Source of the DNA: Mobula birostris
Lineage: Eukaryota
Assembly: GCF_030028105.1 (NCBI RefSeq)
Contig: NC_092397.1
Span: forward strand, 20,532,630-20,596,629
DNA: 64,000 nt
Direction of reading: 5' to 3'
Under the pieces are notes generated by a model. It saw nothing but the letters and a program-made list of their open reading frames with translations, was not told the DNA's origin and ran no database searches. Of the stretch, positions 37,591 through 49,755 are shown piece by piece. Made by a program: the position numbers and the translations under genes. Numbering within the stretch: the first letter of the stretch is position 1; every line of letters begins with the position of its first letter.

Positions 37591-37830
37591 TTCCAGCACC
37601 TGGTGCGGGAGATCGCTCAGCACTTCGAAACCCATCTGTGTTTCCAGAGCTCGGCCGTCATGGCCCTGCAGGAGGTGAGCGAGGCTTACCTGGTGGGGCT
37701 CTTCGAGGACACTAACCTGTGCGCCATCCACGCTGAGTAAGTTACCATCCAGCTGGCTCGATGCTTCTGCGGGGAGCCCGCCTGAACCCAGCCCTGGCAC
37801 TAAACACAACAAAAGGCTCTTTTAGGAGCC
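37591..37830 (+). pseudogene. H3: Histone H3 pseudogene, C-terminal half with stem-loop
   Basis: [63 protein letters not shown]; MPKDI deleted; GGCTCTTTTAGGAGCC at 37815-37830. Confidence 0.95.
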
Positions 37831-38484
37831 ACTATCATGGCAGAGTAAAGGACTATCATCTGCCACACCACTATTTTGGTTCCCAACCCACTGATGAATC
37901 ATTTCAATCCTCCTGCGACACATTAACAAATCTGCCCATATTTGACCCGGCTGGTTCAAGTGCAGCCTGTCCCACTTCTACAGGTCACCTCTGCCCCAGC
38001 AGAGATCCCAGTGGCTGGAAACCTGAACCTGTTCTCCTGTACCAGCTCCTCATCCTCACATCCACCTGCCCTGTCCTTACCAGCACTTGGCATCAGGAGT
38101 AATCCAGTGATTACAGATCTCTTTGTCTCCACCCTCCCCTGCTGTACATCAGAATCACAGACCTGGCTGCTGCTGCTCTCCTGAAAGGCCATGTCTCCTG
38201 TTGATCAATTCTCCAAGTCAATCTGCTTCACCAGTCCCATTAAATGGATTCACTTTCCCCTTCAAACCTCCCATGATGTGCTCCTGTGTCCACAACAACC
38301 TGTGTTTTCCTGCAGTCACATGCTTGATCATAATGAGGTAGATTGTGAAGTCATTATGATCCGGAACCTGACCACAAGAAACTGCCGGCTGAGGGCAGTT
38401 CGTCTGGGTGCTCAGGGAGAGGCTGGTCTCCTTGATGCGGGAGGCTGCTTCCACAACATTTTCTTGGAATCACGCACAAAGTCA

Positions 38485-39356
38485 ATGGACTTCAGCGAAC
38501 TATTCCGGCTGGTGGTCCTTGGCCTGTCGATGGGCAGTGCTGTCACCATCATCGGCTGGTGGGCCTGCCAGAAGTTCGCCAAGAAGCGCCCCCACACTGT
38601 GAAGGCCAAGCGTGTAATCGGCACAGCCCAGCCAGTAAATTTCGAAGTGAAGCCCAACACTGAGGAATTGAAGACAGGGAACTTTGCTGCACACTCCGGA
38701 CTACCAGTCAAGAGAACCAACACTGTGGTTAGAAGCCAGAATATGGAAGAGGGGAGTATAGAATCAGGGGATGGATGAAACGAACAGGGGATTTCGTCAC
38801 GGGGACCGGCTGATCGAATGCTCAGTCCTGAACTGGCTCTGGCAGATGGAAGGCTAAGTCCTGAACAGGCTCTTGGGCACATCCAAACAGGGGCGACTGA
38901 ACTGGAGCTGAGACGAGTGGACGGACACTGGAATGGAGAGGATAAGAGGGAGGAAAATGGATGTGAGGGCAAAGCAACCATCAGAGATCAGCAGGAGCAG
39001 AATGACAAAGAGAGGCTGTCGGGTGGGTTGGGTGACTTCACCAATGTGCAAGTGGTTAAGAGAAGGGTGCGGCAGAGCAGGGGAATAAAATTTGTGGGCA
39101 AGACAAAGAGATCCCGGGAGAAGCTGGCTAGAGAGAGGAGGCGAATGAGGAAGTGGCAGTCAAAACTCCAAAGGGGACTGTCAATAGTAGGGGAGGGAAG
39201 TGGAAGGGAGCAACGCAGAGCCTGCAGAAGAGTTCTCAGATTTAGGGAACCGCTGCCTGAAGATGGGTCAAGGAAAGTAGAGAAATGGAAAGAGGAATCG
39301 TTTGGTCCTGGAGGAAACAGAAGGCTGGAGTCCACAATCTTGTGAAGTCGATGAAG
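38485..39356 (+). pseudogene. Putative disrupted first coding exon (signal-anchor helix plus charged linker), possibly of the PLC-delta gene
   Basis: ORFs 38191-38778 and 38818-39345 are one frame broken by a single TGA; MDFSELFRLVVLGLSMGSAVTIIGWWACQKFAKKR; donor AAG|GTAAAA after 39356. Confidence 0.45.
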
Positions 39357-39633
39357 GTAAAAATAAATGTATAGGCAAAATTGCGGTATTGTTTTTTTTA
39401 TATAAAGGGGGCTGTGTTCCAAAGACTTTGGGGCACTGGAATATCAAAGTTGTAGAAGGCTACTGATCAAATGCTGAGTTCTGGGGCTAGTATCGATGAC
39501 ATCATTGAAATGATGGGTCGAAGGGCCTGTTTCTGTGCAGATCTCTCGATGACACGTCATGACCTCACAGATCCTTTATTTACCTGCAGTCTCCCACCCA
39601 CATTAACTATCTCACTCCCCTTGCCACTGCTAC

Positions 39634-39757
39634 GGCACAGTGGAGAAGCAGTTAGTGCGACGCTCCACAGGGCCAGCGATCTCCGATCGGGGTGCAGTTC
39701 CACTGCTGTCTGTAAGGAGTTTGTACATTCTCCCCAAGACATCATGGAGTTCCTCCA
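39634..39757 (+). mobile_element. V-SINE (HE1-like), partial
   Basis: tRNA-like head plus gtaaggagtttgtacattctcccc. Confidence 0.7.
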
Positions 39758-39844
39758 AGTTCAACTGAAAGCTTCCAATCTCCCCCCTTCCTCGTATCGA
39801 TTGTGCAGAAGAGATTCACCAGGATGCTGCCTGGACTAGTTTAC

Positions 39845-41085
39845 ATAGAATATAGAACATAGAATAGTACAGCACAGTACAGGCCCTTCAGCTCACAATG
39901 TTGTGCGGACACTCAAACCCTGCCTCCCATATAACCCCCCACCTTAAATTCCTCCATATACCTGTCTAGTAGTCTCTTAACCTTCACTAGTGTATCTGCC
40001 TCCACCACTGACTCAGGCAGTGCATTCCACGCACCAACCACTCTCTGAGTAAAAAACCTTCCTCTGATATCCCCCTTGAACTTCCCACCCCTTACCTTAA
40101 AGCCATGTCCTCTTGTATTGAGCAGCGGTGCCCTGGCTGTCCACTCTATCTATTCCTCTTATTATCTTGTACACCTCTATCATGTCTCCTCTCATTCTCC
40201 TTCTCTCCAAAGAGTAAAGCCCTAGATCCCTTAATCTCTGATCATAATGTATACTCTCTAAACCAGGCAGCATCCTGGTAAATCTCCTCTGTACCCTTTC
40301 CAATGCTTCCACATCCTTCCTCTAGTGAGGCGACCAGAACTGGACACAGTACTTTATAAAGCTGCATCATTACATCCCAACTCTTAAACTCTATCCCTCG
40401 ACTTATGAAAGCTAACACCCCATAAGCTTTCTTAACTACCCTATCCACCTGTAAGGCAACCTTCGGGGATCTGTGGACATGTACCCCCAGATCCCTCTGC
40501 TCCTCCATGCTACCAAGTATCCTGCCATTTACTTTGTACTCTGCCTTGGAGTTTGTCCTTCCAAAGTGTACCACCTCACACTTCTCCGGGTTGAACTCCA
40601 TCTGCCACTTCTGCATCTTATCAATGTCTCTCTGCAATCTTTGACAATCCTCTACACTATCTACAACATCACCAACCTTTGTGTTGTCTGCAAACTTGCG
40701 AATCCACGCTTCTACCCCCACATCCAGGTCATTAATAAAAATCACGAAAAGTAGAGGTCCCAGAACAGATCCTTGTGGGATACCACTAGTCACAATCCTC
40801 CAATCTGAATGTACTCCCTCCACCATGACCCTCTGCCTTCTGCAGGCAAGCCAATTCTGAATCCACCTGGTCAAACTTCCCTGGATCCCATGCCTTCTGA
40901 CTTTCTGAATAAACCTAAGGTGTGGAACCCTGTCAAATGCCTTACTAAAATCCATATAGATCACATCCACTGCACTACCCTCATCTATATGCCTGGTCAC
41001 TTCCTCAAAGAACTCTACCAGGCTTGTTAGACACGATCTGCCCTTCACAAAGCCATGCTGACTGTCCCTGATCAGACCATGATTC
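39845..41085 (-). mobile_element. CR1 LINE RT and 3' tail
   Basis: [38 protein letters not shown]; tail (TTCTATG)-like. Confidence 0.9.
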
Positions 41086-41697
41086 TCATCCTCCTGTAGG
41101 CTTATGAGGGCAGAATGAGCATGCGAGGGCTTTTCTCTGGAGTGCAGGAGGGTGAGAGGGGACTTGAGAGAGGTGTACGAGGTCATAACAAACATAGCTC
41201 GAGTGGACAGCCAGAGAGATTTTCCCAGGGTGGGAATGGCAAATAGCAGAGTGTACACAGAGAGTGGTGTGTGTGTGGAACCACCCCAGGGGTGGTAGTA
41301 GAGGCAGATATATTAGGGACGTTTATTACAGAGCACATGAATGATAGAAAAAGGGAGTGCTCTATTTGGGGAAAGGGTTATATTGATCTTACAACAGGTT
41401 AAAAGTTTGACACAATACTGTGGGTTGAAGGGCCTGTAGTGTGCTCTGGTGTTCTATCCCACTCATTACAATACCTTCCCCTCTCCTACCCATTAACACC
41501 TTTCCTCTGTCCTCCACTGCTCTCCCCTACCTTGCTAACTCCTGACTACTTACCCCTGCCTCACCAGATCCTCACTCTCCACTTGTCAGTTCCATCACTC
41601 CATCCCTCCCTTCCACTTCCCCTTCACTACCCACTCCTCCCACCCTCCACTTCTACCATCACTCCATCTGATGTGTCCTCTCTGTCTTCCTCCCAAG

Positions 41698-41862
41698 GCC
41701 TCATCAAGGAGGATGATATTGCAGCCATTCTCAAGGGTAGTCACATGCAGAAGATCAAATCCTGCTCATGGATGAAGTCGCGATTTTACAAACTGCAAGA
41801 AGACAGTTGTACGGTGTGGTACAGTTCCAAACAGATCCTGAAGTCAGCCAGGAGCCAAATGT
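41698..41862 (+). CDS. PLCD1-like: Phospholipase C delta-1-like, PH-domain exon (phase 1/1, 165 nt)
   Basis: Polypyrimidine tract then AAG|; (G)[54 protein letters not shown]; |GTGAGT. Matches PLCD1 [38 protein letters not shown]. Confidence 0.9.
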
Positions 41863-42178
41863 GTGAGTGTTGCTCAAGTCTTGGATGGATGGTGTGGCAG
41901 CAAACAGATTTTTAAAAAGTTTTAAAAACATTGTCTTGGGCACCAACAAGTGCAGGGATTAGTCCTTTATTCCTGGTATGGCACCTCGCTGAGGCCAGTA
42001 GAGTTACTGCTTCATTGCACCAGTGACCTGGATTCTGTCTTTTATTGATTCTGTTTTATTTGGAAATGGAGTGCAGGCAGATTCTTCTGGCCCAATAGGC
42101 CCCACCACCCAGCGGTCCACCTGTTTAACACCAGCCACATCAGGACAATTCACCTGCCCTGCTGTGTTCCTCCAGCAT

Positions 42179-42758
42179 TGTGTGTGTGTCTGCCTGTGTG
42201 TGTGTGTCTCTGTCTGAGTGTGTGTGTGTGTGTGTGTCTGCCTGTGTGTGTGTGTTGCTCAGGTTAACAACTGTCCAATTCCTTCAGCATTCTACAGGGG
42301 GAAGAACTTTCAGACAATATTTCCCATCTGTTGCAATTGTTCCTCTTAACCTCCTGTGTCTCTCACCTCCTGGTCCATTTCCATTTCTCTGTTCATCCAG
42401 GTTTCCCATAAACATGACATGAGTCATGTCCATCAAGCAGGAGCTACAGAAACCTGAAGCCCCACACCTCAGAACCCTAATTTCTACAGTTTAGCAACAC
42501 ACTAATGCCTTTGCACAAGAGATTCTGCAGATGGTAGAACAACACACAAAAAATGCAGAATGAACTCAGCAGGTCAGGCAGCATCCATAACTGTTTATAC
42601 GCACGCACGCACACACGCACACACAAACACACGCCGCACATACACACAGGCACACACAAACGCCACACATACACACAGACACTCACAGGCACACACACAC
42701 ACACACACACACACCATACACACACACACACACACACAAACACATGCCACACATACAC
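42179..42758. repeat. (TG)n and (CA)n microsatellites
   Basis: TG run ~42179-42255; imperfect CA run ~42600-42758 running into the gap. Confidence 0.9.
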
Positions 42759-43219
42759 NNNNNNNNNNNNNNNNNNNNNNNNNNNNNNNNNNNNNNNNNN
42801 NNNNNNNNNNNNNNNNNNNNNNNNNNNNNNNNNNNNNNNNNNNNNNNNNNNNNNNNNNNNNNNNNNNNNNNNNNNNNNNNNNNNNNNNNNNNNNNNNNNN
42901 NNNNNNNNNNNNNNNNNNNNNNNNNNNNNNNNNNNNNNNNNNNNNNNNNNNNNNNNNNNNNNNNNNNNNNNNNNNNNNNNNNNNNNNNNNNNNNNNNNNN
43001 NNNNNNNNNNNNNNNNNNNNNNNNNNNNNNNNNNNNNNNNNNNNNNNNNNNNNNNNNNNNNNNNNNNNNNNNNNNNNNNNNNNNNNNNNNNNNNNNNNNN
43101 NNNNNNNNNNNNNNNNNNNNNNNNNNNNNNNNNNNNNNNNNNNNNNNNNNNNNNNNNNNNNNNNNNNNNNNNNNNNNNNNNNNNNNNNNNNNNNNNNNNN
43201 NNNNNNNNNNNNNNNNNNN
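42759..43219. other. Assembly gap (N run)
   Basis: Run of N. Confidence 1.
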
Positions 43220-43310
43220 CTCATCCTGATGGAGGATGTTGGCCTATTGTTGACTCTTTATTCCTCTCCACAGATGCTGCCTGACCTGCAGAGTTCCTCC
43301 AGCATTTTAG

Positions 43311-43590
43311 GGCACCACAATAGCAGAGTGGTTCATGTGATGTTGCTGCTCGGTCAGGGATCGGGGGCAGAGAGTGGGCAGGTAATAATTCAAAGTTCAG
43401 TACCAGTGCTGTGTGTAAGGAGTTTCTATATTCTCCCTGTGACCATGTGGGTTTCCTTCTGCTGTTCAAAGAAGGCTGACTGGTCATTGTAAACTCTCCT
43501 GTGATTAGGCTGCTGTTGAATAGGTGGGGTGTTCGGTGATGTGGCTTTTTGGGGCAGAAGGGCCAGTCCCACAGAGTATCTCTAAATAGG
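43311..43590 (+). mobile_element. V-SINE (HE1-like), decayed
   Basis: gtaaggagtttctatattctccctgtgaccatgtgggtttcc...gaagggcc...tatctctaaata. Confidence 0.7.
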
Positions 43591-43739
43591 TAAAGTGCTG
43601 TGAATAAGTAACTTTGTGTGTGTGTTACTGTGAATTCCCAGCTTCTGCAGAATCTCTTGTGCTTGTGAATCTGTGACTGAATCTCTTGTTCTGATCTCTG
43701 CTGCTGTTTTACTCCCTCCCCCCACCCGACCCCTCGCAG

Positions 43740-43957
43740 TCTCGATCGACGACATCAAGGAGTTGAGACCAGGTCACCAGACGGAGGGAATGCAGCGGTA
43801 CGCCACGGAAATACCCAGCGACCGCTGTTTCACAATCGTATTTAAGGGCACGAGATCTGGTGGCCTCCGACGCCAACGATGCCGGGCATTGGATCCATGG
43901 CCTCTGCAAACTAAAGCAGAGAGGCTGCAGCATGAACAAGAGAGAGTGGCTGGTCCA
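43740..43957 (+). pseudogene. PLCD1-like: PLC delta-1-like next PH-domain exon, frameshifted
   Basis: CAG|; (F)SIDDIKELRPGHQTEGMQRYATEIPSDRCFTIVFKGT, frameshift at ~43853, then DLVASDANDAGHWIHGLCKLKQRGCSMNKREWLV; donor GTATCCAT. Confidence 0.9.
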
Positions 43958-44535
43958 GTATCCATCTGGGAATCTGTCACGGCAGAGCGCCAGGGAGAGA
44001 GGGTGCTACTTCCCTCATGGTCTCCAACAGCAGCCCCCAAGTCCACCCCTACCCCATGCAGAAGGTCAAAGGCACTTCCCCATATTGGATCTTTTTGTGC
44101 TTGTTTCCCGTATGTGACTTGCATTTCTCTCAGGCACTCAGCCTCCTTAGATTCCATTAGTTACTAATGTTTTTTTTAGTATTAGTTTCATAGATAGTCA
44201 ATCTTTAGGTTTTAACATGTTATAGGTATTATAGACTAAACTTAATGTTACAGGTGTTTATGAAAAATAGTTACTTTAAAGCACTGAATCAGATACTTTA
44301 TTGATATAATATTCTTCCAATCAGCAACAAAAGTACAATTAATATTTTGTTTATTACAAGCAATGCTGATGTGGATGAAACCCTGTTTGCAAAATACATC
44401 AGGGGATGCATTTTAAATGAATAATGATTCCTCTATGTCGTCCTACCATCAAAGAAGGATGCTTCGTTACACAGCCAAGATATTTTCCAGCGGAATTTTC
44501 TTTTTCAAAAATACTTTCACCTTTTGGATCTGTCT

Positions 44536-44921
44536 TGTTGCACACTTGGACACAAAAGGGACTTCCGGGAGTGCAGAAGTTTAGAAATAACGTCTTTATT
44601 TTCCATTCTGGAAATACAGGAACACAAGCACATCGGCTGACCATGCATGCTGCGGGGCCGTCCCTGTCTACTCCATCACATGCGCCCTCCCGTGCCCCCC
44701 AGACCCCTCAGCTGCCCCAAGTGCCTGTATAAGCTATGTCCCTTGTAACCATCAACCAACCCACTAAAATATTACCGTTGCTAGTGCAACTGAACATTAA
44801 TCAAATTATGAATGAACAAATTAACAAACCAAAGCAATAAAAATAATATGAACATAATATAAGAAAATTAGGAGGGTTTCCAGTGTCCATTAATATGCTC
44901 CACATTACTATGGGTCCCACA
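44536..44921 (-). mobile_element. 3' LTR of an LTR retroelement with adjacent PPT
   Basis: Minus strand: GAAGGGGACAG (PPT-like) then TGTGGGACCC...AATAAA...GTGTGCAACA (TG..CA). Confidence 0.6.
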
Positions 44922-47249
44922 CTGTCCCCTTCAAAATAAGTGTCCTCCCGACATAGATTTCTCAGGGTACTCATGTCTTCAACTGGTGAGTTATAGTGGT
45001 AGGTTATAAAGGAGTCAGTCTTTTGGGATACTCTCTGTACAGCAACAGTCTTTGACATGACATGCATCTCCCTCTTTATGTCACGTGTCTGCAACAGGCA
45101 TCACTGGCCAGATGATATCTTAAGTGCTACTCTGCTACTTGTGTGGGCTATGTATCTCGGACTGAAGGTTTTACCCTATATCTACCCCATAACCCATTAC
45201 ACAGACCCACATGTCCTACTGTATGTCTCACATTACTATGGGTCCCAAATTGGCATGGGTGACCCTCCCAGAAGCCAAACCACAAGGACCTTGCCTCCAG
45301 CCAGCATCACTCTCCGGGTCGTTGAGGCAGGTTTGCTGCAGGAAATGATCTCCCATTTTGCCAGGTTTGCTGCAGGAAATGATCTCCCATTTGTGAGGCT
45401 TCATTCAAGCAGGGAAGCTGAAGTCGCCAGTCTGCACTGAGGTTCGATTTCAGGACTATCAAGTGGCCCTCAAAGCTGCTACTACACCATTTATATCAAG
45501 CAAACAGATTCTAATCATGTGATGTCATTTTGTTAATTTGTAAATAATTAGATATATTTAGATTTCAGATAGTTTCAGAAAGAACACGAAGGGTAGTTTA
45601 TTTTCAGCTTTATTCAATCCAGTCTGAAATATAAACTTTTTACCGTATCTGTAAGAATGGGAAATTCTTACACAATGATCTGTACAATGAAAGCCTTACT
45701 TTGTGTCATGTCAGTTGTGTCACTTTCTTTCTCCCTGTTTGCTTTATCTTGTCAGCAGAGTGAGATACAAATCAAATCAAGTTTAATTATCATTCAGCCA
45801 TAATAGATACGGCGAATGAGGCAGCGTTCCTCGGGGGCCATGGTGCAGAACGAACAAAATAGTGCATTCAAAAAAGCGAGTAGAGAAGCCTCTTCACGTG
45901 GGATAAGAACGTATATGTAGTCCAAGACCCTCAGTGACCTGTCCTGCAATCAATGGTACAATCTCCTGGCAGTGCACAGACACGTGCAGTCCAGACTGTT
46001 GTTCCACCGCTCGAACAGGAGAGGGCAGCACCAACGGGAGAGGCCAGCCCCCTGCTGAGCGCGGATGCCACGTTGCACCGCCTCCAGCGTTCCCTCACCT
46101 GGCCTGCAGCTGCAGGCAAGTGCGCGGCTCGAGGACTTGTCCCCGCTACAATCGAGGCTACGTGGCTTCTACAATCGCACCACCAGACAAGTGTAACAGG
46201 CCTGCAGCAACTTACACTATCACTGTGCAAAAGAGTCTTGCGATTGCGAGTGACAATCTACCACGGTTATACAGCACGCCGCCTTCACGCACCAACTCCG
46301 ATGCCTCTGACTGGCAGGCAGCAACACAGTCTCAACTCAAGCTCTGTATAAATTTTGGGTTTATTATGTACATAAATAGAAGCAAGAATTAGGCCATTCA
46401 GCTTTGTGGGGCCTTCTCTGTAATTCAGAATGTGTTGATCTCTTTATAATCTGTTCACAAATCTTGCATCCCTTCATTCCTTTCAAAGTTCAAAGTAAAT
46501 TTTATTATCAAACTACTTGCATATCACCATATACAACCATGAGATTCACTTTCCATTGGGCATACTCAGCAAATCTATAGAATAGTAACTATAATAGGAT
46601 CAATGAAAGATCAACCAGAGTGCAGAAGACAACAAACTCTGCAAATACAGATATAAATAAATAGCAATAAATAACAAGAGAATGAGATAAAGAGTCCTTA
46701 AGGTGAGATCATTGGTTGTGGGAACATTTCAATGATGGGGCAAGTGAGTGTAGTTATCCTCTTTTATTCAAGAGCCTGATGTTGAGCTTTCATTGTAATA
46801 ATAATAATAAGTACTTCATTGATCCCTAGTAGGAAATTCTTTCATTACAGCAGCAACATTTAAAGACACATTTAGCAGTGTGCAGACTTAACTAATAATA
46901 AAGTACAGAATAATAACATGCACAATAATTTACCAATGTGCAATAATAATGTGTAATGATTATGTATTGAGTTGCTGCCACTTGATTGGCTGCTGAGGAT
47001 ATTTGCATTAATGAGTAGATGTACCTAATAAAGAGGCCACTGTGTGTATATAGTCCAACATGAGAAACATCATTCCCTTGTGCCCGTTTCAAAGCTCCAC
47101 TAATAAACAACTTGTTGAACTCAGCTGCAATACGCAAGCATATCTTTGCTCAGTTAGGAAGACCAGACACGTGCATGATACTCCAGATGGAATCTCAGCA
47201 GAAAACATAAATTTTCAAACTCGCTGTTTTAAAAAAAATACTTCTCTTA

Positions 47250-48633
47250 GGGTCTCGGCCTGAAACGTCAACTGTACCTCTTCCTACAGATGCAAACACG
47301 AGGAATTCTGCAGATGCTGGAAATTCAAGCAACACGCATCAAAGTTGCTGGTGAACGCAGCAGGCCAGGCAGCATCTGTAGGAAGAGGTACAGTCTGGAG
47401 GAAGTGCCAGGAGCCAAAGGAGAAATTATTAAGAGTAAGGACTAATTCTGCTAGACGGAGCAGAGTGGTGGTAGAGGGGAACTGATGAGGTCTGGAATCC
47501 AAAAAGAAGCGGAGAGCTTTGAGACCTTCCTGATGGGGGATGGAAGTATATAGGGACTGGACATCCATGGTGAAAATAAAGCGGTGGAGGCCAGGGTACT
47601 TAAAATCATCGAAAAGTTTCAGAGCGTGAGAAGTGTCACAAACATAGGTGGGAAGGGATTGAACAAGGGGGGATAAAACCGTGTTGAGGTATGGAGAAAT
47701 GAGTTCAGTGGGGCAGGAGCAAGCTGAGACAATAGGTCTGTCAGGACAGGCAGGTCTGTGGATCTTGGGTAGGAGGTAGAAATGGGAAGTGTGAGGTGTG
47801 GGTACTATAAGGTTGGTAGCAGTGGATGGGAGATCCCCTGAGCAGATAAAGTGGGTGATGGTGTGGGAGACAATGGCCTGGTGCTCCTTAGTGGGGTCAT
47901 GATTGAGGGGTAAATAAGAGGAGGTATCCGCGAGTTGTCGCTGTGCCTCGGCAAGGTAGGGGTCAGTACGCCAGACTACAACAGCACCCCCCTTATCGGC
48001 GAGTTTGATAGTAAGGTTAGGATTAGTGCGGAGGGACTGGAGAGCAGAGCGTTCGGAAGGAGTAAGGTTGGAATGGGAACAAGGTGCAGTGAAGTCGAGA
48101 CGGTTGATGTCCCATCGGCAGTTAGCAATAAAGAGATCCAGAGCAGTCTGAAGACCAGTGTGGGGTGTCCATAAAGAGGAGGAGGGTTGAAGACGGGAGA
48201 AGGGGTCATCAGTGAGGGTGGAAGAGTCCTTGCTGAAGAAGTAGGCTCGGAGACGGCGGAAGAAGAGTTCCGCATCATGGCGAACGCACAACTCGCTGAT
48301 GTGTGGGCGAAGGGGGACAAAGGTGAGGCCCTTACTGAGGATAGAGCGTTCCACCTCAGACAGTTGAAGGTCGGAGGGGATAGTAAAAACCCGGCATGTA
48401 TGAGAGCTGGGATCAGAGCAGGGAGTGGGGAGGCTGGGGGTGTCAGTGGAGAGGGGAGGGTTGGGGTGAGAGGAAGATGGAGCCTCTGAGGGCCCAGGAG
48501 CTGACGGTGGGATCTGAGGGTGACGGGGGTTGCAGAGTGGCGGTGGGGGAAAGGGAGACGGGGGTCACAGTAGCAGCACATAAAGACCCGGCCTGGAGCT
48601 CAAGGCTGGAGTCACAGTTGGTGCACTTTGGAC
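47250..48633 (-). mobile_element. Penelope-like retroelement: truncated RT plus inverted terminal repeat
   Basis: LSKGLTFVP, IKLADKGGAVVVW, FYLLPKIH, RPIVSAC, TMDVQSLYTSIP, NNFSFG; truncated before the GxAMG and YxDD motifs; partial hammerhead at 47250-47275. Confidence 0.92.
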
Positions 48634-48889
48634 CTTAGCTCCAGCTGTAATCTACCCATGTTCCTGACCATTGGCGTTCTTGACCTGGACCACAGCTCCG
48701 CCAAATACTTAGCCTACTCCCCGGTTCCGTCTGTACACCCTGCTTATATTTGAGATGATATCTCAAACTCCAGACAAATGAGTAAGCCAGATGCTGTAAA
48801 TGGGAATTTTGCAGACCCATGGGAGGCAAGCATTTCATCCATGCCTATTTCAATAAAATCTTTAAATTGAAGGGGGTCTTAGTGGCACA

Positions 48890-49340
48890 GAAAAGGCCCT
48901 TTGGCCCATCTAATCCATGTCGAACCGTTTGAACTCCCTACTCCCATCAACCCGCACCGGGACCATAGCCCTGCATACCCCTACCACCCATGTACCTATC
49001 CAAACTTCTCTTAAATGTTGAAATCGAGCTCACATGCACGACCTGCACTGGCAGCTCATTCCACACACTCGCAACCCTCTGAGTCAAGACGTTTCCCCTT
49101 ATGTTCCCCTTAAACTTTTCACCTTTCACCCTTAAACCATGACCTCTAGTTGTAGTCCCATCCAACCTCTGTGGAAAAAGCCTGCTTACATTTACCCTAT
49201 CTATACCCCTCATAATTTTGTAAACCTCTATCAAATCTCCTCTCAGTCTTCTACGTTCTATGGAATAAAGTCCTCACCTGTTCAATCTTTCCTTATAACT
49301 CAGGTCTTTCAGTTCTGGCAACATCTTTGTAAATTTTTTT
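48890..49340 (-). mobile_element. CR1 3' end
   Basis: IEVYKIMRGIDRV...TRGH.LRV...VWNELP. Confidence 0.85.
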
Positions 49341-49456
49341 CTGTACTCTTTCAATCTTATTTGCAAACTTTGTAGATTAAATTTCACCATATAGAAACCG
49401 GCAATGGGTAGTATTTTATTTATTTTAAAATTTGAAGTTACAGGGGTTGAAGGGCA

Positions 49457-49755
49457 GGCACCATGGTGGTGTAGCAGTTAGCACAATGCTATCACAGTTC
49501 AGGGTGTTCCAGAGTTGGGAGTTCAATTCCAGCGCCTTCTGCAAGGAGTTTGTACATTCTCTCCGGGACCACGTGGGTTTCCTCCAGGTGCTCCGGTTTC
49601 CTCCCACATCCCAAAGACGTACCGGTCCATCGGTTAATTGGTCATTGTAAAGTGTCCTGTGATTAGGCTACTGTTAAATAGGTGAGTTGCTGGGTGGTGT
49701 AACTTGTTGGGCCGGAAAGGCCCATTCCGTACTATACAGTATCGCTAAATAAAAT
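49457..49755 (+). mobile_element. V-SINE (HE1-like), full length
   Basis: A box tggtgtagcagttagc, B box gagttcaattcc, V domain gtgggtttcctccaggtgctccggtttcctcccaca, CR1-like tail. Confidence 0.88.

Noticed and set aside
38776-38778. In-frame TGA as selenocysteine or readthrough
   Set aside because: No SECIS recognised, no redox motif, and other lesions nearby; a nonsense mutation is simpler.
42553-43492. Long His/Thr-rich ORFs
   Set aside because: Artefacts of the (CA)n repeat and the N gap.
48634-48850. Possible Ig-like exon continuing the minus-strand gene
   Set aside because: An acceptor is present, but all frames have stops or need frameshifts, and no convincing Ig motif follows the Penelope insertion.
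49457-49535. tRNA gene
   Set aside because: The A and B boxes belong to a V-SINE head followed by the V domain and LINE tail.
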